A stretch of DNA of 64,000 bases from the human T2T-CHM13v2.0 reference genome, Homo sapiens (GCF_009914755.1 NC_060935.1), one strand, 5' to 3'. Positions 1-13,964 are shown, counted from the first letter of the stretch. Translations and numbers: made by a program. Notes: generated from the letters alone by a model not told the origin.

Positions 1-146
1 AGAAGTGATGAGATTTACTGAGATTTAAAAACTTATTAAACAGTTTAACATGAAGTGCTACTTTAAACATGATGACTTCTGGATATACAGATAAAATTGA
101 GCCCTTACTTTTGTAAAACTGAGTACTAGATGCTGATAAATAAAAA

Positions 147-516
147 CTGGGCATCCTTGTCTTGTTCCAATTCACAAGGGGAATGCTTTCAGCTTTTGCC
201 CATTCAGTATGATGTTGGCTGCAGGTTTATCATATATGAACCTTATTATTTTGAGTTATATTCCTTTGATGCCTAGTCCGTTGAGAGTTTTTCATCACGA
301 AGGGATGCTGGATTTTATTCAAAGTTTTTTCTATGTCTATTGAGATGATCATAAGCTTTTTGCATTTAATTCCGTTTATGTGGTGAATACATTTATTGAC
401 TTGCATATGTTGAACCAGCCTTGAATCCCAGGAATAAAGCCTGCTTTATCACGGTGTATTAACTTTTTGATGTGCTGCTGGATTCAGTTTGCTAGTTTGT
501 TGAGGATTGTTGCATC
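147..516 (-). mobile_element. L1 ORF2 (RT region) internal fragment, L1PB-like
   Basis: gggcatccttgtcttgttcc...ccattcagtatgatgttggctg matches the L1 ORF2 antisense strand; no tail. Confidence 0.85.
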
Positions 517-639
517 CTTTAAAATAATCTCAGATCTAAAAATGTGAAACTTTATTAAGTGATTCTTTTTCTGCTCTAGTTTATGCTTAGCAAACAAGGT
601 GACAATATTTGATTTCTTTGATAGAGACACAGTGTACTT

Positions 640-1525
<886 letters not shown>

Positions 1526-1599
1526 CACAGGAATATGGACTATATGGACTTCTATAAATGACTGACCGTCTTACTACCAATGTATAAAAATTAGGCACA

Positions 1600-2710
1600 A
1601 AATGTGGAAATAAATATTTTAAATACATAGCTGAGCGCAAACACAAGAATTGGAAATCTCTGGGTGAAAGAAATGTAGCAGACACCTGAAGGCAGATCAA
1701 TCAACTTATAAGCTAGTGCTAATATATATGAACTAAATAAACCGTAATAACTCAAAACTGGAGTTTTAATGCTCACCTGAGGATAAGAGATATATCATAC
1801 ATTTGAAACTGTGACCTTGCATAAAGTCTGAATTCTGGAAAATGTCTCCTTTAGATAAAGGGAATTAGAAAACCTGTGACCTTGTCCTAAGAAGCAACAA
1901 ATAAGATGGCCTCTACTTTAAATTTAAAAAGTCTTTCAAGGAAATTACAATCCTCAAGCAAATTTCTCCTGTGAATATGTATTCCAAACTTACTGTTCCC
2001 ATTTAGTATGAGATCTCTTATATTGATAAATTAATGTAAAAAACTACTTTTCTGGACAAGTGAAACCTTTGGAATGTTCAGCTGAAGCAATTATGCAATT
2101 ATTCCCTAGTGATATTTCTCCAACCCATGGCAAGTGAAATTACCACTGATAAAACAGTTTCTATCAAAGTTGAACTCACAATAAGAAGTCATAAACTACA
2201 TGATAAAGTGCTCCACCAGGAGGAAGAGTCAGCCCACCCAACAAATAGAAAGACTAAATTACAAAGAATTTGAAAATAAAAATGGAATAATTTGACACTA
2301 AGTACAAAATCTATATGTTTAAAATGACAAAATAGTGGGTGAATTGAGAAGCAATTTTTTTCACATCTGAAAGAGAATTGGTAAATTAAAAATTGTGCAG
2401 AATACAAAATACAAACAAAATGTGATCTAATATATGAAAAATATTGTGATTTCCAAGACAGAATAAGAAGCCCAATTTATATCTAATCAGAAGGAGATAA
2501 TTGAGAAAGGGAAAGAGATATTATTAAAAACTTCAATGGTTGAAAAATTTAAAAATTAAGAAAATAAATTAAACCTTATATATGAAGAAGCACACCAAAT
2601 TCAAAGCAACAAAAACAAAAATAAATTCACTCCTAGGTGCCTTTTAGCAAAACTGCAGACAGCCAAAAATAAAAATGAAATCTTAAAAACAATCAGAAAG
2701 TAGTAAGAGT
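1600..2710 (+). mobile_element. Ancient L1M (L1ME-like) 5'/ORF1 relic
   Basis: 2460-2700 resembles degenerate ORF1 (RRSNI...TPRH..VKLQ..KDKEKILK); the left boundary is uncertain. Confidence 0.55.
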
Positions 2711-2714
2711 TCAC

Positions 2715-2715
<1 letters not shown>

Positions 2716-2743
<28 letters not shown>
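2716..2743. repeat. (TTA)n microsatellite
   Basis: Direct. Confidence 0.95.
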
Positions 2744-2745
<2 letters not shown>

Positions 2746-2849
2746 GTTAATCAGAAAATAATTAAAAACAGTAAATTAGAATAAGGTAAAGTTGCCATTC
2801 TGGAAGTCAAAAGAAGTATTAGTTATTATATTATCAAAATTGGAAAGGA

Positions 2850-3300
2850 AAATATAACATTTGATGAGTAACTATGTGCCAGTTACTGAGCTAGATGATT
2901 TTAAATTTTTATTCCTAACATATGTCATTTATTACCCAAGAATTCTCAAGATCATATTCACCACATTTTATACAAGTAAAAGTGAGTTTAGAAACAATAA
3001 TCTTGCCCAATCATGCTATCAATAAATGAAAGCGCCAGAAATTCCTAAGGGTTTGGCTCCAAATTACACTAAATAGATATAAGAACTCAAAACAAGACAG
3101 AACAGAACAACATAGTTGTACTACTAACCTTGTATGATTTTAAATAAGTAATATAGTTTATTTTTTTCATTTGTAAAATGAGAATAACAATAGTACTAAC
3201 CTCACAGAATTGTTGTGAGGAATAGTATCCAAATGTATGTAATATATAATACAACTTGGAACATATTTAGTATTTTTTAAATGCTAATTGGTTGTGTTAT
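2850..3300. mobile_element. Two adjacent MIRs in opposite orientations
   Basis: MIR cores (ccacattttatac..., tcatttgtaaaatgagaataacaatagtac...ctcacagaattgttgtgagg). Confidence 0.65.
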
Positions 3301-3430
3301 TTACAATTAATTATGATATTTAACAGTCATTCGTTGAAGGAAGACAATGTTTTATTCATCTTTTATTCTCTATGGCCTTACATAATGGGAATTGTATTGA
3401 GTAAATTATTATTAAGTTACCAGGATAACT

Positions 3431-3582
3431 GTTTTTTGTTTGTTTGTTTGTTTGTTTGTTTGTTTTAGGAGTGGAGGAGCAGAGAGTTTAATAGGCTCAA
3501 ATGAAGGGAGAAGGGAGAAGGAAGAAACTCCCCCATACAGGGACAGAGGGAGGAGGGCTCCAAAGCCGAAAGAGGAGACCCC
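3431..3582 (-). mobile_element. L1-retroposed 3' end of an LTR10-like (HERV-I) transcript with A-rich tail and 13-bp TSD
   Basis: TSD taccaggataact at 3418-3430 and 3583-3595; (CAAA)n tail; ATTAAA at 3487-3492; body cggctttggagccc..ccctctgt..cctattaaactct resembles recalled LTR10. Confidence 0.8.
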
Positions 3583-4367
3583 TACCAGGATAACTTCTTA
3601 CATGGAACATATCCTTCCCTAATGTTTGGAATTTTAGGGATAAGGAAATATCAACTAGACTCCAGAAGGAGAAAATATATCTGTTCCTGAGAAGGTTTCC
3701 TCTGGATGAGAAAAATAGATAATAATAATATATAAAATGAGTTTGATGAGAGTGCTGGGAAAATGATAATGCATAAAGAGAGGATTATAGTGCTCAGCTT
3801 ACATCAAGTTTCTTGACACCAAGTGTGGAATTTTTTTTTCTAATTTTGTCTTTCATAATATTTTATTCTTAAGGTACAGTAAAATGTTATTCTATTCTTA
3901 CTTCAATTTAATATAGGACTAATCAAATATGAATGCATGTATGAATAATAAAAATGAACACAATATTTGATAACCCCACTTACTCTTAATTCAGTTGAAA
4001 TGGCAACTTTTCTTTGGACCACAAATTGAATGAATATCTTCTTCAGGCACTACTGAAAATTAATGATAATATTTATACTTCAGGTTATATCAGAGTTCAT
4101 ATATATTTTGACTCTTCTACAGCATCTGAAATAATGCCTATACTTAGGTTCCACAAAAATTTCCATTAAGTGATTCAACTTAATATATTAATAACCACTT
4201 AAGTGCTGAGTACTATACTAATTGTCAACAATATTAGGGCCTAAATAATCCACTGCTTATTTGAATGCTAACATCAAAAACAATCTTAAATGATAAAGTA
4301 ACCACTGAGGAGTCTAATGGTGCTCCTGAGTGCTGGATAACTGGCTGGTTCTTTATATACTCTGCCT

Positions 4368-4531
4368 CAGTGCTTTCAAGACTTGCTTGATGATAAAACT
4401 CATTTGGCATATATGTTAAAATGCTGGTTCTCAGGGCCCTGCTTGGAGCTTCTGATTCAATACAACTAAAAGGGCCTTAGAATGTAGATTTAAAACAATA
4501 TATCTGATTTGGTAAAATTTGGTACAAACTG
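4368..4531. mobile_element. MER5-type hAT MITE nested in a MIR (~4320-4660)
   Basis: cagtgctttcaa...tctgattca...tttgg..aactg, flanked by MIR halves. Confidence 0.6.
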
Positions 4532-5378
4532 TATTAATCCTCACAACAACCCTTTGAGGTAGGGTGAATTTGTTGAGACTAAGAACAATTAGGTAACACG
4601 CTCGAGGTCACATACCTAGCAAACAACAGAGCTGGGACTTAAACTTAGTTTTGAATTCCTCAAAGGCTACAAGTCTACTACCCTATTTTGTTTTTGCTCA
4701 GCCAAGGCGAGCAAAGTTTAGGATTATTTCTCCTCCTTTTTACATATAAGCAACAGACCACATGGCATTTCCAAAAGCAATAGGCATTTCTCAGTAAAGC
4801 CATGAAAATATAACAACTTGTCCCCTCCCAATAAGGACACCTGAGCACCTTTTGTGGCATGCTGAGCTTTCTTCAGCTTTTCTGCATGCAAGTCTCTGCC
4901 TGTCCACAGATTTCTGAGTAAACAATGTAAATATTTACCAAGAACTTCTAGGAACATAGAGAGCACTTCAGGCAAAATAGAACTGACAGTACCTTTAAAA
5001 AAATCAGATTTGAAAGAATCTGAGGAAATTAAAGGCTACTATAACTCTGTCCTGTGTGTTTCCACTTTCTTATCTTACTTATTTGTATTTATTCTGCAAC
5101 TGACTTGAAGCTCCTTTTGAACAAGAGTTGTTTCTCAACCATCTTTGGATTTCTAGGACTTTGAAAAATTCAAATGACTACCACAAGATATATTATAATC
5201 AAACTATAAAACATAAAAAAGACAGGATCCTGAAAGCAAAAGAGAAAATACACAAATAACATATAAAGGAGTTTCAATACAGCTACCAGCAGACTTCTTA
5301 GTAGAAACTTTATAGGCCAAGAGAAAATCAGATAATATAGCAAAGTGCTGAGTAAAAAAAAAAGACAACCAAGAATAA

Positions 5379-5788
5379 TGGGTAAAGAAAATGTGGCACG
5401 TATACACCATGGAATACTACACAGCCATAAAAAAGAATGAGATCACGTCCTTTGCAGGGACATGGATAAAGCTGGAAGCCATCATTCTCAGCAAACTGAC
5501 ACAGGAACAGAAAACCAAACACCTCATGTTCCTACTCATAAGTGGGAGTTGAATGATGAGAACACATGGACACAGGGAGGGGAACAATACACACTGGGGC
5601 CTGTTGGGGTTGGGGGACTAGGGGAGGGAGAGGATTAGGACAAATACCTAACTCATGCGGGGCTTAAAACCTAGATTACAGGTTAACAGGTGCAGCAAAT
5701 CACCATGGCACATGTATACCTGCACAAACCTGCACATTCTGCACATGTATCCCAGAACTTAAAGTAAAATAATAATAAAATAAATAAA
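5379..5788 (+). mobile_element. L1PA 3' end (about PA8-13)
   Basis: aaagaaaatgtggcac...tgtatcccagaacttaaagtaaaat followed by an A-rich tail. Confidence 0.9.
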
Positions 5789-5790
5789 TT

Positions 5791-7600
5791 AAAAGAAATT
5801 GAAGAGGACACAAAAAATGAAAAATATTCCATGTGTATGGATTAGAAGAACCAATATTGTTAAAACGTCCATACTACCCAAAGCAATCTACAAATTCAGT
5901 GAAATTCCTATAAAAATACCAATGACATTCTTCACAGAAATAGAAAAAAGACAATCCTAAAATTTAAACAGAATCACAAAAGACCCAGAATAGCCAAAAC
6001 TATCCTGAGTATAAAGAAAAATAACTGGAGGAATCACATTACCCGACTTCAAATTATACTACAGGGCTATTGTAACCAAAAAAGCATGGTATTGGCATAA
6101 AAACAGAGAAATAGACCAATGGAACAGTACAGAGAACCCAGAAACAAATCCACACATATACAGTAAACTCATTTTTGACAAAGGTGCCAAGAACATACAT
6201 TGAGGAAAAGGATTTCTTCAATAAAGGTGTTGGGAAAACTGGATATCCATATGCAGAAGAATGAAACTTGACCCATCTCTTGCTTCATACAAAAATCAAA
6301 TGAAAATGAACTAAAGACTTAAATCTAAGACCTGATACTATGAAAGCATCACAAGAAAACATTGAAAAAAACCATCCAGGACATTGGTCCAGGCCCCCCA
6401 AAAAAAAAAATCTTGAATAATACCCCTCAAGCACAAGCAACCAAAGCAAAAATGCACAAATGGGAATCACATCTAGTTAAAAAGCAACACAGCAAAGGAA
6501 ACAATCAAAAAAGTGAAGAGATAAACCACAAAATGGGAGAAATCATTTGCCAGTTACCTGTCTGACAAGGGATTATAGCCATAATATATAGGGAGCTCAA
6601 ACAACTCTATAGAAAAAAAATCTAATAATCTTATTTAAAAATTGGCAAAATATACGAATAGACATTTCTCAAAAGAAGCCATGCACATGACAAACAGGCC
6701 TATGGAAACGTGCTCAACATCACCGATCATCAGAGAAATGCAAGTCAAAACTACAAAGAGATATTATCTCACTCAAGTTAAAATGGCTTTTATCCAAAAG
6801 TCAGGTAATAACGAATGCTGGTGGGGATGTGGAGAAAAGGAAACTGTTGTAAACTGCTGTTGGGAATGTAAATTAGTACAACCACTATGGAGAGCAGTTT
6901 GGAAGTTCCTTTAAAAACTAAAAATACAGCTACCACACGATCTAGCAATCCCACTCCTGGGTATATACCTAAAAGAAAGGAAATCAGTATATCAAAGGAA
7001 CATCTGCACTCCCATATTGTTGCAGCACTGTTTACAATAGCTAAGATTTGGAAGCAACCTAAGTGTCCATCAACACATGGATGGATAAAGAAAATGTAGT
7101 ACTTATATACAATAGAGGTCATTCTGGAACTGGAGGTCATTATGTTAACTGAAATCTCAAGCCAGGCACAGAAAGATAAACATCACATGTTCTCACTTAT
7201 TTTGGGATCTAAAAATCATAACAATTGAACTCATGGATTTAGGGAGTAGGAGAATGATTACCAAAGCCTGAGAAAGGTAGTTGGGGCAGGGGTGGGGGTG
7301 AGGAGGAGAGGTGGGGATGTTTAAAGTATGCCAAAGTTGTATAGTTAGAGTGAATAAGAATACTGTTTGACAGCACATCAGGGGTACTAGAATTAACGAT
7401 CATTTAATTGTACATTTCTAAATAACAAAAAGAGCTTAACTGTTTGTAACACAAAGGATAAATCCTTGAAGGGATGAATACTGAATTTTCCATGATGTGA
7501 TTATTACACATTGCATGCCTGTACCAAAATATTTCATGTACCTTATAAATATATACACCTACTGTGTACCCAGAAAAACTAAAAATAAAAAAATTAATTA
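5791..7600 (+). mobile_element. 5'-truncated L1MA2/3-like element
   Basis: ORF2 C-terminus plus the 3'UTR catgatgtgattattacacattgcatgcctgtaccaaaat and an A tail. Confidence 0.88.
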
Positions 7601-7894
7601 AAGATCTGTTATAACTGTAACATTTTAAAATAAGTCTCATGGTAATTAGAAAGCAAAAACATGATAGACACACAAAAAAATTAAAAAATAAGGAATCAAA
7701 ACATACCACTAGCAGAAATCACTTAGCCACAAAGCAAGACAACGAGAGAGGAAGAAAGGAACCAAATACCTACAAAACAACAAGAAAATAATTCATACAA
7801 TGGCAGTGAGGAGTCCTTATCTACCAGTTATTACTTAAATATAAATAGATTAAATTATCCAACCAAATTACGTAGATTGGCTGAATGAACTTAA

Positions 7895-7895
<1 letters not shown>

Positions 7896-7931
<36 letters not shown>
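7896..7931. repeat. (CA)n microsatellite
   Basis: Direct. Confidence 0.95.
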
Positions 7932-7934
<3 letters not shown>

Positions 7935-9586
7935 CAAATATATGCAGCCTACGAAACCCCACTTTAAGTAATTGTAAGAACACACATAGACTAAAAGTGA
8001 AGGAATGGAAAAAGATATTTTATGCATATGAAAATCAAAAGAAAGGAAGAATTACACATATATCAGATAAAATAGACTTTAAGTAAAAAAATCATAAAAA
8101 GAGATAAAGGTTATTATATAATGATAAGGGGTTCAATTCAGCAAGAACATACAACAATTATAAATACATATTCATCTGACATCCAAGCACCTAAACATAT
8201 AACATAAATATGGATAGATCTGAATGGAGAGCCAGACTAAAATTAATAATAGTAGGAGACTTTATCACCCCACTTTTAACAATGGAGAGATTATTCAGAC
8301 AGAAAATCAGCACGGGAACATTGAACTCAAACTATACTCTAGATCAAATGGACCTAAAAGACATATACAGAATATTTTCTCTAACAGCTGCAGGATATAC
8401 ATCTTTTTTAAGTGCACATAGAGCATTTTCCAAAATAGATCATGTGTGAGGGTACAGAACAAATCATAAAAGATTTTAAAAGACTAAAATCATATCAAGT
8501 GTCTTTTCCAACAACAATGGAATGAAACTAGAAATCAATAATGGGAGAAACTTTGGAAAATTCACAAATAAACATGAAAATTAAACAAACGTGTTCTTGA
8601 ACAGACAATGAGTTAATTAAAAAATTAAAATAAAAATTAAAATATCTGTTGAGACAAATGAAAATGAGAGCACAATATACAAAAACCGACAGAATACTGC
8701 AAAATTGGTTTTAAGAGGCAAGTTTATAGCAATAAATGTCTACATCAAAAAAAAAGATCTCAAATAAATAACCTAATACACCTCAATGAACAAGAAAAGA
8801 AGAAAAAACTAAGCCCAAAGTTAATAAAAGGACGGAAATAGAAAGATTAGAGTAGAAATAAATAAAATAGAGTCTAGAGAAACACTGGAAATGAGCAGTA
8901 AAACTAAGTTGTTTTTTGAAAAAAATATATAAAATTGACAAACTTTTAGCTAGACTAAGTATAATAAAAACACAGAAGACTCAGATAAAGTCAAACATGA
9001 AAAAGAAGATATTATAACTGATATAAATACAAAGGATCATAGGAGACTATTATGAACTATTATATATGGACAAATTGGATAACCTAGAAGGAATGGATAA
9101 ATTCTTACCTACATACAACCTACCAAGACTAAACCATGAAGAAAGAGAAAACCTGAATAGATCAAAAACAAGGAGATTGAATCAGTATAAAGTCTTCCAT
9201 TAAAGAAAGCCCAGAATCTGATGCCTTTAGTGTCTAATTCTATTATATATTTATTGAAGAATTAATGCCAATTCTTCTCAAACACTTCCAAAAAATTGAA
9301 GAGGAGATAATACTTCCAAATTCATTTCATGAGGACAGCATCACCCTGATACCAAAGCCAAACAAGAACATGATATATAAAAAAAAGAAAAAAAGAAACT
9401 ACAGAACAATATTCCTGATGAACGTAGATGCAATAATCCTCAACATAATATTAGCAATGTAAATTCAGCAGTACATTAAAAAGTTTATTTGCTATGATCA
9501 ACTGGTCTTGATCATGTACTTATTACTGTGATCATGACTTAAAACTATGAAACTACTAGAAGAAAACCTAGGGGAAAAGATTCGCA

Positions 9587-9686
9587 TGTACCCTAAAACT
9601 TAAAGTATAAAAAAAAAAAGGATAAAAGTAAAAAAATAAAAAATAAATAAATAAATAAATAAATATTCTATCCTAAAAAAAAAAAA
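9587..9686 (+). mobile_element. Extremely truncated young L1PA insertion with two A-tails and a 12-bp TSD
   Basis: TSD aaaagattcgca at 9575-9586 and 9687-9698; tgtaccctaaaacttaaagtataa is the L1PA terminus. Confidence 0.9.
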
Positions 9687-12379
9687 AAAAGATTCGCAAC
9701 ATTGGTTTGAGCAATAATTTGGGGATATGGCCCTAAAAGCACAGGAAAAAAAAGCAAAAATAGAAAAATGGGACTGCATCAAACTAAAAAGCTTCAGCAC
9801 AGCAAAGGAAATAATCAAGGAAGAGGCAACCTACATGAATGAGAGAAAATATTTTCAAACTATATATCTGTTAAGGAATTAATATTCAAAATATATAAGA
9901 AACTCAAATAACTCAACGGAAAGAAAACCACCAAATTAAAAAATGGGCAGAGGATCTGAACAGACATTTCTGAAGAGAAGACATACAAATGGCCAAGAAG
10001 AATATGAAAATATTTTCAATATCACTAATCATCAGGGAAATGCAAGTAAAAAAACAATGAGATATCATCTCACACTTATTAGAATGGCTATCATCAAAAA
10101 GACAAAGATAATAAACGCTGGCAAGGATGTGGAAAAAAGGGAGCACTTACACACTGTTGATGGGAATATAAATTAATGCAACCATTATGAAAAAGAGTAT
10201 ATAGAGCTTCTTCAAAAAACTGAAAATAGAACTATATCATATAATTCAGTAATTCAACTATTGGGTATATAGCCAGAGTAAATAAAGTCAGTATGTTGAA
10301 GATATAGCTGCACTCCCATGTATGTTGCAGCCTTATTCAAAATAGCCAAAATATGGAATCAACCTAAATGTTCATCAATGGATGAACGGATAAAGAAAAT
10401 GTGGTATATGTACATAACGAAATGCTATTTAGCCACAAAGAAAAAGGAAATACTGTCATTTGCCACAACATGGATGAACCTGAAAGACATTTGGTTAAGT
10501 GAAATAAGCCAGTCACAGAAAGACAAATATAGCATGATCTTACTCCTATGTGAAATCTAAAAATTTGATCTCATAGAAGTAGAGAGTAGAAAGGTGTTTA
10601 CCAGGAGTTGGGGTGGTTGGTGGGAGGAGGAGTTGTGGAGATGTTGTCAAAGGATACAAAATTTTACTCAGAATAAATAATTTCAAGAGACATCATCACT
10701 CACGAGGGTTGAAAATACAAAAATTCAATAACATGTCTAACTTCAGTTAGACTTCAGCTGAGCAAAACTATTAGTGGCCAACGTAACAACTGGTCCCAGT
10801 CTTTTAAGGAAAGGTTTCAGAACCTACAAAGAGTTTAATAGGCTACTACAGATATCACACACTGATCTTTTTGCAATGAAGAATGATTTTTGAGTTTTAC
10901 CAAATTTTTAACAACGTGCAAGACAGAGCTGGGATTGACAGAGAAACTAAAAAAGAGAAGAGGGAAGAAGAAAATACATAGAAAATAATTTAGCTAATGA
11001 GTGTTCATAGACAGTTAATATAAAGAAAATGCCGAATGATATACCTAGACACAAAATATATTTACATCCAAAATGTTCTCTTCAATATAAACATTTCCCA
11101 GGGCCCCAATATATTCACCTTAAGAAAACAAAAAGCAAACAAACTTCCTCATCAATTCCTCTAACAGATCTCACAACTGAAGTATGATGCGTGCCTCGGA
11201 AGCTCTCAAAACTGTCAGCATCTGCTTTGCTGAGGCCCATTTCATTTGATCATTTATTTGACAGAGGAATAGCTCCAGTTTTGCAGTTTTCCTTAAATTG
11301 CTGAGATTTTTCCCCCCAATTAAATCACCCAGTGACAGCAGCAATTTTATTAGGCTACTTTTTAAACTTGGTCAGAAGGCAGAAAGATAACAAGCTAAGG
11401 CGTGCAACAATATAAATCATGTTAAGAACCATCACTCAGTAGCTCTGGATCCAAATCAAAGCTATGAAATACAGAATGACATTGGATGCTGAAGTGAAAA
11501 ATACCAACCACATTTCTCTGAGGTTCAGACATTAATACTCAGACACATTTTATATAACAGTCTGCTCAGTAGATTAGTAAAACAGAGACCATAAAGCCTG
11601 GAAATCCTCCTACCCACATTAAGCTAATTGAGTTGGAGACATCCAATTCATCATATTTGCAGGCTGATTTATAAGCAACTCACCCTGCCCTGGAGCAGAA
11701 AGTGAAATGTTATGAGTTAGCTACTCTTAAAATTTCAAACCCAGCAATTCTGAACCTGTCAATACCTTAACGGTACAGAGACAAGAAGAAGAATTCAGTT
11801 CAGGTGCATTTCTGTGACCCTGATGAAAAAATAAATACCCAGTGCACATTTTATGACTGATATTTCTATGAAGAGTCTAGCCACATATTGGAAACTCCCT
11901 GTGATAGAATTCTATGGAAAGTGTATCATCATTTTAGCAAGTTGATGGGGCAATTTGAAATCAGTTCTTTGCTAGAATGCAACTTCCATCAAGCATAAAG
12001 AAAACAGCCTTATGACAGTTAAAACCCAAATTCAAAGAGACAAGATATTATTGCTCTTGGCTTGAATAGATGGTGAAAGCTTATGGCACTAACTAATAAA
12101 CAGAAAACTGCCTTGTAAGAATACATCAAAAATACTGAGGAGAATGGAATCAGAAGCAGTTCTGCATTTAGAGAACCCTCCTGAAGCAAATGTACCCTAA
12201 AATCCTTCTCATCTAGGGGAACCTGTTGATCTTTCCTGCTGAGGGCTGCTGTGGAATTGGGCAGGCCTCACAGACACAATAGATTGGGAGGCCTCCTCCT
12301 ATTTTTTCCAAAATTTACAAAAGATTTATTCTCAAGGACAAGCATTCCTTAACCAGCCAGTAACTGTGGGACAGAAAAA

Positions 12380-13170
12380 TAGGAATCATAGTTTCTCAGA
12401 AATGAAAGAAAACTTGAAATTCATTCCATCCAGAAATTCCTAACCTTAAGTCTATGTTCCATAGGAAGTCCATAGATGCCCTTCAAGTAATTCATATCAT
12501 TTCTGAAGTTTTATGCAATATTTTTGTGGGTATAGTTTTGTGGGTATAGTTTTTATCTAGGGAAAGGGGTCATAGTTTTTCAAATCAATTTCTCAAAGTA
12601 ATTTATGTGTGGAAAAAGGTTGAAAATACTATTCAACATTCTCTTTCCTGAATCATCTCTACAATATCTCATTGAAGATTTTCTACCTTTTGCTTGAATA
12701 CCTCCAATGACAGGAAGCTCACTACCTTATGAGGCAGGTCATTCTCTCTTTGGACCAAGTTATTTAAAACAAAAATTTTTTAACTTACATAAACTCTGTT
12801 TTTCTTTCATTGTTTACTCTAAAGGTCTTGATGTCTACAAAAATTGTATGGACAAGTTCTTTGTTTTAAACAATTTAAAGATGAACTACCATGTCATTGT
12901 GAGCTGAGTCTATTCTCCAAGGACCACATCACTCATAGCCTTTGATGTTCCCATTTGACATGGTTTTAATAGCCTTGCCAGCCTATTTACCCCTCTCTGG
13001 AAGCACCCCAATCTGCTGCCATTCTCTCTGAAATATGGTCCTCAGATCCTAATGATACATTCTAGCATAGTGTAGAATTGTCATCTCTTTGTTCTTGGCA
13101 TGCAACTCCATTAATGTAGCCTAAAATTACATTGGTTGTTTGGAAGTCCCACATACTGACAACTCCTTGA
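12380..13170 (-). mobile_element. L3/CR1 relic with a nested hAT-Charlie MITE (~12431-12631)
   Basis: tgcttgaatacctccaatgacaggaagctcactacct is the L3 motif; MITE ends ..ttcctaacct / aaaaaggttgaaaatact. Confidence 0.6.
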
Positions 13171-13964
13171 ACTAAATGTATGCTGACATTCCCCTCTGCG
13201 CCCCCACCCACCACCCAACCCTCACTGCCCAGCTCCTTTTTCTTTATCATGTGTTTCTCTTACTTTTCCATTGACCATTCTAGAAAGTGGGAATGAGAAA
13301 AAGAGGGTGGAATGGAAAATAGGGACTAGGGAAATAGAAGTTGAGGTGGAGGTAGCCACACAGGAATTTGAGTGTGGAAGAAGGGGTTCTTTAAGCGTAG
13401 ATGGTAAAATTCAAGCCAACAAATGATAACCTCCTTAATCTTAATTACTTCCCACAATGTGCTTCTATTATCATCAGTATATAAATGTGGAAATTAGGTT
13501 TAGGAGCATTCAGTGAATTCTCAAATGGCACATTTCTGATGCCATGCCTAGCTCTTATCCCACACACTGCCCTGCAGCTCTGGGAAAGCATCCCATAGAG
13601 AAATAATAGCATTGCTACGATGTACATTAGTCTTTGAGATGTAAATCATTTACATTTTCTTTTTACAAAACTATCTCATCAGAATTTACACAAGTACACA
13701 AATGGACAGAAGAGTTAAATAATGATGAGACTTATTTTTACTGAATCAATCTGATGCACACAGTTTAGTTGGAGAGATTTGGGATGAAGAGAGAGGTTGG
13801 TCTAGCGTCAACAACCTAGATTTGGCCCTTTACTAAAGCTGAAAATTGGCATAAACAAATAATAACTCAGTGATAACAATTTTCAATAACATCCCCTAGA
13901 AATTGAAATAAGTGAACCTCTGTGATCTGCTGAGTTGAGAACACCTGTTGTTTACTTTTCTTGG

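Larger units (their letters stand above)
5185..10692 (+). mobile_element. Old L1MA host element (ORF1 end 5185-5377; inter-ORF, ORF2 and 3'UTR 7601-10692) with nested younger L1s and an internal deletion
   Basis: ORF1 ILKA.REK..ITYKG motif; ORF2 EN start near 7800; RT deleted near 9505-9535; L1MA4-6-type 3'UTR. Confidence 0.85.
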
